Below are positions 24,377 through 34,300 of a DNA stretch of 64,000 nucleotides, one piece after another (positions within the stretch are counted from its first letter, which is position 1; every line of letters begins with the position of its first letter). Made by a program: the position numbers and the translations under genes. The stretch is from a virus. Lineage: Duplodnaviria > Caudoviricetes. The notes under the pieces were generated by a model. It had not been told where the DNA came from. It was given only the letters and a program-made list of their open reading frames with translations, and made no database searches. The stretch is from IMG/VR virus record IMGVR_UViG_3300024252_000005. One strand, 5' to 3'.

Positions 24377-27300
24377 ATGGCAACAAAAAATTTAGTACCA
24401 AGAGCAGACAATGAAGGTAAATTAGGCCTAAGAGATACAACGCCTAAAAGAAGATGGCTAGAGTCAAACGCTGTAAGTGGTTCTTTTGATTATTTAAGAA
24501 CAGATGAATTAAAAAACTTAAGCAATTTTGATTTATTAGAAGCTGGTGACAATATAACGATTGCTAGAGAGGAAGATGCAAATGAAGGCTGGAGATACAA
24601 AATATCTTCAACAGCTTCAGGCGGAAGTTCAGCTGAAACTCATAGGATATTTGCAGATGATACTGGAACAAGAAGCGAAGTTTTAGTATCAGATGACAAT
24701 ACACAAAGTAATACTTTTATTAATTTTAAGTTAGACGGAAATGATCAGTGGAGAATCTCAAAAACTAGTAGTAATGAGTTCCCATTCTTGCCTATGACAG
24801 ATGCTAGCGATTTAGGTAGCATAACAAATGAAGTAAGATCTTTATACGTCAAAAACACAGCTTCTTCAGGAGAATCATTTGGTATAAACTTTTCTGATGG
24901 AACTGAATGGAAGTCAAACTTAAGCTTAAGTTCTACAAATAGACTAAGATTTTCTAGCACAAAAGATGGCAGCAATTTAGTATTTGATAACATACCAGTT
25001 TTTAAAGAGCCTGTTAAAGTTGCGACAAAAGAAAACTTAAACTATACTTATAACTCTTCTACAGGAGAGTTAACTGAAGTTGCGACAACAGGTACATTAA
25101 GTATTGACGGTATAACTTCTTTTGTTGTCGGCGATAGAATTCTTGTTAAAAATCAAACAAGTTCAGTTCATAATGGCTTATATAAAGTAAAAACAATGAC
25201 AACTAGTTCATCTGTTGTCCTAGAAAGAGATATTGATTTAAAAGTAGGCGAAGACTTTGAAAACATTATAGTTTTTGCTTTACAAGGAACAAAAAATAGT
25301 GGAACATGCTTTATTTCTCGTCCTGACGGAGTGACAGCAAACACTGTAGGGTCTCATAATTTAAATTGGTCTACAACTACTTCAAGAGGAATTGAGTCTG
25401 TTAGCGAAGATACTGCTCCGTCACTGGGTGGTGATTTAAATGTAGGAACAAATTCAATAAAATCATCATCTAGCAGCATTAAATTTTTACCTGGAAGTCA
25501 AACTTTAAACGGCACAGAGATTTCTGATGGCTTAGTTTCAATAAACAATAACAGTACATCTGGTTCAGAGTTAAGGCTTTATACAAATAACTCTTCTAGT
25601 TCTAACTTATATGTTAGCATAAAAGCACCGGAAAATAGCTCAAACAGCATATTTGCAAATAATAGCAACATCACTCTAAATCTACCTACCCATGATGGCT
25701 CTAATAATAATACTTTAGCAACAGAAGAATGGGTTGATTTAAGAGGTTATGCTACAGAATCATGGGTAGGTATTCAAGGATTTATAACAAGCTCTTCGCT
25801 TAATGGTTATGCTACAGAATCATGGGTAGGTAGTCAAGGATTCATAACAAACTTGACCAACTATTCAACTACAACACAGATGAATGCAGCAATTGATAGT
25901 AAAATATCTGGATTTGATGAAATACTAACCCCGGTAAAAGCTGCAACAGAACAGAATCTAGGTTTTACATATAATAATTCATCACAAACTCTCACAGGAT
26001 CAGGCACTTCACTTGTAGTTGATACGAGTTACACAGTTTCAGCTGGTGATAGAATACTTGTTAAAAATCAGGCAGACAAGAAACATAATGGCGTCTATAC
26101 AGTAACAGCTTTAACGCCTGCAGTAGTATTAACAAGAGCAGATTTTGTATCTAACCCAGCAGCTGCAATAGATACAAAATTTGTTTTTGTAGAAGATGGT
26201 GCGTCTAATAAAGATTCTGGTTTTATATCGTCAGGAACTGGAAACGTAGGCGCTGTTGACCTTGAATTTAGAAAATTCTCTTCAGCAGCAAACTTTTCTG
26301 CTGGACTAGGATTAAGTCAAATTGGGAACACAATATCAGCAAAATTAAAATCAGCAGGTGGTTTAGCAGTATCTACAGATGGTTTATCAATAGCAACATC
26401 AGGTGTTACAAATGCAATGTTAGCTGGATCTATTGCTGATACAAAATTAAGTAAGATAACAACATCAGATAAAATAGGAATTACTGCTATTGATATAGAC
26501 GGTGGTACTGAGCTATCGTCTGATACACTTAAGTCTACTGGGCTTATTATTGCTGACATTGATGGGCAAGGAAACAATAGAAAAGTAAAAATATCAGAAC
26601 TATCTAATGTTATATTTGGAAGCAGCTCAAATAATGTTTCTTCTTGGGGTTTAAATATAGGAAGTGGCGGAGAAGTTTACTTAGACTCTGGAGGTTCTTC
26701 ACCTTTATTAAAAATTGTTGATAGTAAAGTAACTACTTCTAAGCTAGCTGATGGCTCTGTATCAAGTTCAAAGCTTAATAGCAATTTAATAACTGGCATT
26801 ACTAATACAATAACAGCAACTAATTTAAAAATTAACAGATCATCAACAAGGCTTTTAGTAGAATATAATAATGCTTTATATAAGCCTACAATATCTGATT
26901 TATTAACTGACGTGTTGAATATAGATAGTTATCCTACATACGCATCAGCTAGTCAAACGATATCAAAAGACAATGATATGCTTGTTGTTTATGATCTAGA
27001 CAAGCAAGTGCATAGAAAGGCATCAGTTTCTGAAATAGTTTCTGCAGCTGCAGATGCTATAACAAGCACAAGCAATCTAACGTTTGAAACATTTGACTAT
27101 AGTAATAATCATCTTCCTGGCACAAATAATTACTCTAATAATGAACCACTTAGCACAGACGGTGAAGATTTAATTTCTAATAGAGTTCATACAGTAATAC
27201 AAAGAAGTAATGCCGGCTTTTCTACAGCAAGTGGAGGTTATGTTCATAGATTTAATCTTCCTGCTATTAACAATATACACTCAAAAACTGGTGATCTTAT

Positions 27301-29488
27301 AATAATAAGATTTCAAATAAAAGATCACCCTAATCAAAGCAATAATATAAGTACTACAACAAGCACTTTTCAAACAAAGTATGGTGATAAACATAGTTTT
27401 GGCCTTCATGGAAGATTAGATATTAGGCCCAAAAGTGGTAGTGGTACATTAGCTTCATATGACATTAACAAGCTAGTAAACGGTGAAGTTTTATTAAGAT
27501 TTAATGGCACTGAATGGCTATTACCAAGTACTGTAACTAAAGAAGAAATACATCATACACCCGCTACTACATTAATTTTAGCGACTGGCGGGGTATCTTT
27601 GTGGGGAAAGACAGTCTTATTTACAGCAGAACAAGAAACGCCTAGAACAATTTATCTTCCTCCGCCAGACTTTGCCATTCATGGCAAGTCTTCTATGCGA
27701 ATTATTTCTTGGGGTAAAAGCCAGACATTTACAATTAATACAGGAGACGGTTCTGAGTCTATTCTTGATCATAAAAACTCTCCAGGCAATTCAGTCTCGC
27801 CAAGCCTTTCAAAAAGTATAACAATAAATTCTGGCCCAGGAATAATAGAAATTATTTATAGTAATTTAAATATTACAGCAGGCAGCAATGGTACACATAA
27901 TTTTCAATGTTGGGTAATTTCTTACCCTGAATCCGGAACATTTACAACACAAACTTTCCTTACAGCAATGAAGGGATCACCTCAAAGTGGAGATTCAGGA
28001 TTAAATGATAAGATTCCAACATTTCAAAGTAATTCGCCTACAGTAATTGAAGCTAGAAAAGTATACACAAACTTAATAGAAGACAGTGCAATAACAACAG
28101 GTAAAATTTTAGATGATGCAATAAGTTCAGGCAAACTACAATCCAGTGCAGTTGTAACTGCAAAGATATCAGATAGTGCAGTTATTGCTAGTAAAATTGC
28201 AGACAATGCTGTTGTGACATCAAAGATTCTTGACGACAATATTACAAAAGCGAAAATAGAAAAGATAAGTCCATATAAGATTTTAGGAAATGTACCACAA
28301 GATCCTACAGTATCAAATTCAAATGCAAACCCACTAGAAACGACTGTTGATGTAGAACTAGATGCACAAAATGTTGCTGGAAATCACTCTTCAATAGCAA
28401 CTACGAGAGCTATAAAATCTTATGTTATTCAAAAACTACAAGACTTTCAACCATCTGCTACTAGCGACCAATACAAATATATAACATTTAATGAAAGCAC
28501 ACCTCCGGGACAAATTTACTCAGTATCTGCTAACGATTTTATAGGTGATACAGCACATGTAGTAGTTAAAAACGAACGATGGAGAAGGAACCTTTCAGTC
28601 AATAAAATAAATCCTAGTTCAGAATCATGGGCAAACAAAGCTCCGACCGCAAGGTATAAAGATACAAGCACAGATGGATTTTTTCAAGGCAGATACCCTG
28701 TTTACCCAGTAATGTCAGGTGGTTATCAACAATTAATGGGTATAGAACTGCCTAAAACTTCTAATATTACTCCCGGAATAAAAATATGCTTCTACTATAT
28801 TTCTACAATAAATACGTCTTCACTTGACACAAGCTTAACTGGATCTTACACACACATTCCCGGTAATATAAAGCTGTTTACAAACAAAAACGATAAAATA
28901 TACCAAAATTTTAATGAAAAATATGTAGCATATAACCTTCATAATCCTAATAATACTCATGGTTACAGTGATAAATTTCAAGTAGATCTAAGTGATTCTA
29001 GCATTTATGATTCTAGCAAGTCTGAACAAGAAAACATGATTACAATATATAACAGTATTAAAAGTGCTATTACTAGCATAAATTTGCCAAGAACGGGTTT
29101 ACATGTTTATAATACTTATAATGCAATGCAATCAATAATGGTACCTAAAGGCTTCAGAGACTTTTCAGATACTAGTTTGATAACTTCTAATCTAAAAGAA
29201 GCGACGTTTATTAGGAGCTATACGGGGAGATTGCCATATCAGTCAGGTTTAATGGGTCTCACAAATCACCATTCAAGCAGTTATAGTCGAAACAATGGTG
29301 CTGATTCAGGATATATACAATACTTCAGAGGCCCAGGTATGGGCGCGCCGAGGAGATTTCCATCATCAACGCAACAAAACACGCATTGCGTTAAAAATAC
29401 TTATGAACTAGTTCATGAAAGAAATCTTGGCGTAACATGGAGATTTATGCTTGCTGAAGTCGTTGAAATACCAAGCACAATATCATAA
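24377..29488 (+). CDS. Long tail fibre-like protein (1703 aa)
   Basis: Two VKVAT...DRILVKNQ...HNG(L/V)Y modules, VTxKIxD repeats, S/T/N-rich. Confidence 0.8.
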   Translation: MATKNLVPRADNEGKLGLRDTTPKRRWLESNAVSGSFDYLRTDELKNLSNFDLLEAGDNITIAREEDANEGWRYKISSTASGGSSAETHRIFADDTGTRSEVLVSDDNTQSNTFINFKLDGNDQWRISKTSSNEFPFLPMTDASDLGSITNEVRSLYVKNTASSGESFGINFSDGTEWKSNLSLSSTNRLRFSSTKDGSNLVFDNIPVFKEPVKVATKENLNYTYNSSTGELTEVATTGTLSIDGITSFVVGDRILVKNQTSSVHNGLYKVKTMTTSSSVVLERDIDLKVGEDFENIIVFALQGTKNSGTCFISRPDGVTANTVGSHNLNWSTTTSRGIESVSEDTAPSLGGDLNVGTNSIKSSSSSIKFLPGSQTLNGTEISDGLVSINNNSTSGSELRLYTNNSSSSNLYVSIKAPENSSNSIFANNSNITLNLPTHDGSNNNTLATEEWVDLRGYATESWVGIQGFITSSSLNGYATESWVGSQGFITNLTNYSTTTQMNAAIDSKISGFDEILTPVKAATEQNLGFTYNNSSQTLTGSGTSLVVDTSYTVSAGDRILVKNQADKKHNGVYTVTALTPAVVLTRADFVSNPAAAIDTKFVFVEDGASNKDSGFISSGTGNVGAVDLEFRKFSSAANFSAGLGLSQIGNTISAKLKSAGGLAVSTDGLSIATSGVTNAMLAGSIADTKLSKITTSDKIGITAIDIDGGTELSSDTLKSTGLIIADIDGQGNNRKVKISELSNVIFGSSSNNVSSWGLNIGSGGEVYLDSGGSSPLLKIVDSKVTTSKLADGSVSSSKLNSNLITGITNTITATNLKINRSSTRLLVEYNNALYKPTISDLLTDVLNIDSYPTYASASQTISKDNDMLVVYDLDKQVHRKASVSEIVSAAADAITSTSNLTFETFDYSNNHLPGTNNYSNNEPLSTDGEDLISNRVHTVIQRSNAGFSTASGGYVHRFNLPAINNIHSKTGDLIIIRFQIKDHPNQSNNISTTTSTFQTKYGDKHSFGLHGRLDIRPKSGSGTLASYDINKLVNGEVLLRFNGTEWLLPSTVTKEEIHHTPATTLILATGGVSLWGKTVLFTAEQETPRTIYLPPPDFAIHGKSSMRIISWGKSQTFTINTGDGSESILDHKNSPGNSVSPSLSKSITINSGPGIIEIIYSNLNITAGSNGTHNFQCWVISYPESGTFTTQTFLTAMKGSPQSGDSGLNDKIPTFQSNSPTVIEARKVYTNLIEDSAITTGKILDDAISSGKLQSSAVVTAKISDSAVIASKIADNAVVTSKILDDNITKAKIEKISPYKILGNVPQDPTVSNSNANPLETTVDVELDAQNVAGNHSSIATTRAIKSYVIQKLQDFQPSATSDQYKYITFNESTPPGQIYSVSANDFIGDTAHVVVKNERWRRNLSVNKINPSSESWANKAPTARYKDTSTDGFFQGRYPVYPVMSGGYQQLMGIELPKTSNITPGIKICFYYISTINTSSLDTSLTGSYTHIPGNIKLFTNKNDKIYQNFNEKYVAYNLHNPNNTHGYSDKFQVDLSDSSIYDSSKSEQENMITIYNSIKSAITSINLPRTGLHVYNTYNAMQSIMVPKGFRDFSDTSLITSNLKEATFIRSYTGRLPYQSGLMGLTNHHSSSYSRNNGADSGYIQYFRGPGMGAPRRFPSSTQQNTHCVKNTYELVHERNLGVTWRFMLAEVVEIPSTIS
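25745..25850 (+). repeat. 60-bp-period tandem repeat encoding GYATESWVGxQGFIT
   Basis: Copies start at 25745 and 25805. Confidence 0.85.
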
Positions 29489-29517
29489 GAAATTATACTA
29501 AGACTAAAGGTAAAGAA

Positions 29518-31005
29518 ATGAACATAAATTTTTTAAAGATAACTGATAATATAGAATTTACAGACGACGACGGAAGAGTTTTCTATGAAATAGAAGGATA
29601 CAGCGGTGATTATGATGATCTAAACTCTGAATATTATGATGTATCAGAAGTACTGAAATTAGGTGATATTGAAAGCTTAGGCGACGTAAGTATAACAAGC
29701 ATAGCTGATAGTCATTTCTTTGTATACGATAATGCATCATCAAATTGGATAAATAAACAACCTTCAGATGCTATAATATCTTTAGGCATTACTGCAACAG
29801 CTGCTGAACTTAACTATTTAGATGTAACAACATTAGGTACTTCTGAAGCTGGCAAAGCAATTACTGTTAATGCAAGTGGAGATTTAATCATACCAGATAG
29901 TGATAAATTCCTGTTTGGTGCCGGGCTAGACATGACGTTATATCACGACGGTACAGACTCATATATCACAAACTCTACAGGCACTCTAAAGCTTGCAACA
30001 GAAACTAGTGGAATTGCAGTTCAAATAGGTCATGAAACGTCTGAGGTCACAATTGGTGATAACTTAACTGTAACTGGTAACTTAACAGTTAATGGTACAA
30101 CAACTACAGTTAACTCTACTGTAACAACATTAGACGACCCGATCATTACGCTCGGCGGTGATACAGCTCCTTCTTCAGACGATAACAAAGACAGAGGTGT
30201 AGAGTTTAAGTGGCACAACGGTTCATCAGCTAAAGTTGGCTTCTTTGGATATGATGATTCAGCATCAAAGTTTACATTTATTCCAGACGCTACAAATTCA
30301 TCAGAAGTATTTAGTGGTTCAGCAGGTGATGTTACATTTGGTGCTGCAGATTTTAGTGGAACAGTAACAACAACTTCAGACGTAGTCATAGATAACGCAA
30401 AGTCACTTAAATTAAGTGAGTTAGATTCTAATGGCTCGCATACTGTTTCTATCAAGGCACCAGATTCTGTTACAGCAGACATAACTCTAGTACTTCCTGA
30501 TGGCACGGGTTCAAATGGCCAAGCTCTTACAACTAACGGAAGTGGTGTTTTAAGTTGGTCAACAGTATCAGGTGGTTTAACTTCTACAGATATTACTGGT
30601 CAAACAGCAAAAACAACAGTACATAATGATGACTTAGTAATTTTAGCAGACTCACAAGACTCAAATAATCTAAAGAAGATGACAAGAGCAAATTTTGTTG
30701 ATGGTTTAACGGCAAACAAAACTTATTCTTCTAAAACATCAAACTTCACAGCTGCTGTAAACTATCATTATAGTGTTAATACAACAAGTGGTGCGATTAC
30801 TGTTAGTTTACCACAACTTTCAGCAACAACTTCAGGTGAAAGTATTACTATTAAATTTAGAGCAGGAACAAACTTTTTAACAATGACACCTTACTCAGGT
30901 AATACAATAGAAGGTTTAAACAATCTAATCTTAACTGATTCAGCAGCGCCTGGACAGAGTATAACTCTTGTTTCAAACGGATCTACAGCTTGGGAAATAA
31001 TTTAA
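29518..31005 (+). CDS. Tail fibre-like protein (495 aa)
   Basis: TVTGNLTVNGTTTTVNST and D...DRGVEF fibre motifs; C-terminal TVSLP...WEII domain. Confidence 0.8.
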   Translation: MNINFLKITDNIEFTDDDGRVFYEIEGYSGDYDDLNSEYYDVSEVLKLGDIESLGDVSITSIADSHFFVYDNASSNWINKQPSDAIISLGITATAAELNYLDVTTLGTSEAGKAITVNASGDLIIPDSDKFLFGAGLDMTLYHDGTDSYITNSTGTLKLATETSGIAVQIGHETSEVTIGDNLTVTGNLTVNGTTTTVNSTVTTLDDPIITLGGDTAPSSDDNKDRGVEFKWHNGSSAKVGFFGYDDSASKFTFIPDATNSSEVFSGSAGDVTFGAADFSGTVTTTSDVVIDNAKSLKLSELDSNGSHTVSIKAPDSVTADITLVLPDGTGSNGQALTTNGSGVLSWSTVSGGLTSTDITGQTAKTTVHNDDLVILADSQDSNNLKKMTRANFVDGLTANKTYSSKTSNFTAAVNYHYSVNTTSGAITVSLPQLSATTSGESITIKFRAGTNFLTMTPYSGNTIEGLNNLILTDSAAPGQSITLVSNGSTAWEII

Positions 31006-31020
31006 TCAAAGGAAAAACAC

Positions 31021-31296
31021 ATGTCTACAGGTATAAAAAAAATAAACGTTGACGAAAACAATAACGCATTTGCTACAACAACAAAAGTTGCAGGTGATGG
31101 TAGTGTTTTCATAAAAAGTGGTGATGATTATATCCTTCAAGATGATCTTAGAAACGGAACGGGAATATTCTTGGTTGATATTACAACAACAAATTCTTCT
31201 GGCGTACTTACTGTAAGTCCTCCAGTGAGTGTATTAACAAATTTAGATTCTAATTTTGAACTAGATTCAAATAATGATATTACACCAAAAACATAG
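31021..31296 (+). CDS. Putative tail-fibre adaptor (91 aa)
   Basis: AAGGA RBS; C-terminal FELDSNNDITPK. Confidence 0.6.
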   Translation: MSTGIKKINVDENNNAFATTTKVAGDGSVFIKSGDDYILQDDLRNGTGIFLVDITTTNSSGVLTVSPPVSVLTNLDSNFELDSNNDITPKT

Positions 31297-31345
31297 CTTA
31301 TATAATATATAATAACGTATTTACAGATCAAAAGGATATTAATTA

Positions 31346-34300
31346 ATGGCAAATTTAGTACCAAAGGTGGACAACAGTGGCACGCTAGGCACAAGCGCTA
31401 AAAAGTGGGCAAACGTTCATGCTACAACTTTAACACCAAGCGCTCAAGCTTCGTCGCTGAGCTTGAATTCTCAAAAAATAACAGACTTGGCAGCACCAAC
31501 ATCAGCAAATGATGCTGCAACAAAACAATATGTTGATCAAACTTCACAAGGACTAGACGTTAAAGCATCTGTAAGGGTTGCTACAACAGCAAACATTACA
31601 ATAGCAACAGCACTTAATGTTGGTGATGCTATTGATGGAGTAACTCTTGCTGATGGTGATCGTGTCTTAGTTAAAGATCAATCGACAGCATCACAAAATG
31701 GCATTTATGTAGCAGGTGCATCACCAGCAAGATCAGCAGACATGGCAGCTTCTTCAGAAGCTGCCGGTGTTTTTGTCTTTGTCGAAGAAGGCTCTACAAG
31801 CGCTGATCATGGATTTGTATGTACTACTAATGATAGTGCTGATACTGTTGGTACACACAGTTTAGCATTTGTACAGTTTTCTGGTGCAGGTCAAATTACT
31901 GCTGGCAGTGGTTTATCAAAAGCAGCAAACACACTTTCAGTTGATATTCCTGGATCCGCTGAGATGACCGGTGACGTCGCAGACACAGATGAGCTTTTAG
32001 TATCTGATGGTGGTACGTTGAAGCGAGCTGGCTTTAGTGTTATACGTGATGCTATATTCAACGACATATCTGGAAATGCTACAGTAGCAGCTGGTGGAGC
32101 TCTTACAATTGCTTCAGCATCAATTACAGGACAAACTGCAGAGGCTTCTATTGCCGATGATGACTTAATTCTAATTTCAGATACTTCTGCATCAGGTGCA
32201 TTAAGAAAAATGACAAAGGCAAACTTTGTTAGTGGGCTAGGTGGTGGCACATTAGCTAATGTTGTAGAAGATACAACACCACAGCTTGGTGGAGCTTTAG
32301 ATGTTAATGGTAAAGATATTGTTTCTTTGTCAAACGGAAATATTACGCTTATACCAAATGGATCCGGAGTAGTTAGAATTGATGGTACTTCTGGCATTGA
32401 CATGGAGAGCGGATCAATCTCAGTAAAGAATAGCGGATCAGTTTCAAACATTAAACTTTATTGTGAGTCTAGTAATTCACACTACACACAATTGCAATCT
32501 GCAGCACATGCAAGCTATAGTGGCAATGTTACCTTAACTTTACCAGCAACAACGGGTACTTTAGTAGGAACTGGAGATACAGGATCAGTTTCAAATACAA
32601 TGCTTGCTGGATCTATTGCAAATGCTAAGTTAGCTAACTCTGCATTAACGGTAACTGCAGGTGATGGACTTTCAGGCGGCGGTTCAGTTGCATTAGGTGC
32701 TTCAACTTCATTAGCATTAGATCTTAATGAATTAACTGCTGCAGTTGTTGATGTTGCTAATGACAGTATTGTTATTATTGATGCTAATGATAGTAATGCT
32801 TCAAAGAAAGAATCAGTTGTTGATCTTGTTGCAGGTGTAGCAGGTACAGGATTAAGCGCTTCAAGCGGTCAGTTATCAATTGATGGAACAGTAACTACTT
32901 TAGCAGGTTCTCAAACATTGACCAATAAGACGCTTACAAGCCCAGCGCTTAATACAGGTGTTTCAGGTACTGCAGTTCTTGATGAAGATGATATGAATTC
33001 TAACAGCGCTACAAAGCTTGCAACACAGCAATCAATCAAGGCTTACGTTGATGCACAGGTTGCTGGTGGTGGTCTTAATATTGATGGATATAGTGCTTTA
33101 GGCGGATCTGGAGTTCATCAAACTCAAGATCACTTTGTTTTATCTGATAATGGTACAGAGAAGAAGATTACTTTTTCAAATCTTGAGGATGCAATCTTTG
33201 CAAACATTTCTGGTGATGCTACAATTGCTGCTGGTGGAGCTCTAACAGTTGGTGCAAATGCTGTAGAAGGTTCAATGCTTAACAACAACACTATTTCAGG
33301 ACAAACTGAAATGACAGGTGACGTCGCCGATGCTGATGAACTTCTAATTTCTGATGCTGGTACATTAAAGAGAGCGGATTTCAGTGTTGTACGAGATGCA
33401 GTATTTAACGATGTTAGCGGAGACGCTACAGTAGCATCAGGTGGTGCTTTAACAATTGCTGCTACTTCTGTTGAGAACAGCATGCTTGCTGGTTCAATTA
33501 CAGCTGCAAAGATGAACAATGCAATATTTGCTGATCTTGAAACTCTCGGTGCTCCAGCATCTGATGGACAATTTATTGTAGCAACAGGTTCGGGTGCTTT
33601 TGCTTACGAAAGCGCAAATACAGCAAGAACTTCGTTAGGTTTAGGAACAGGTGACAGTCCTACATTTACTAGCTTGGCACTTTCAGGTCAAGCAGCAGCT
33701 CTTGCAATGAACAGCCAGAAAATTACTGGATTGGCAACACCTACAGCTGACGGTGATGCTGCAACAAAGAGCTATGTAGACTCTGTAGCACAAGGCCTAT
33801 CAGCTAAAGACTCAGTTAGAGCAGCAACAACTGCCAACGGAACTCTAGGTTCTGCGTTTGCTAACAGTCAGGCTATCGATGGTGTAACTTTAGCAACTGG
33901 TGATAGAATTCTCATTAAGGATCAATCAACTGCTTCAGAAAACGGTATTTATACAGTTAATGCTTCAGGCGCTCCGACACGAGCTGTAGACTTTGACGCA
34001 AATGCAGAAGTAGCTAAAGGAGCATTTATCTTCGTAGAAGAAGGAACAACAAACGCTGATGCTGGCTTTGTATTGACTACAGACGGAGCAATTACTTTAG
34101 GTTCTACATCTTTAGCGTTTACACAGTTTAGTGGTGCAGGTGACATTACTGCAGGCTCAGCTTTGACAAAGAGCGGCAATACACTCAATGTAGCTGTAGA
34201 TGACAGCTCAATCGAAGTTAGCTCAGATGCAATTAGAGTAAAGGCATCAGGAATTACAAGCGCAATGCTTGCTGGTTCAATTGCAAACTCTAAGCTTAAC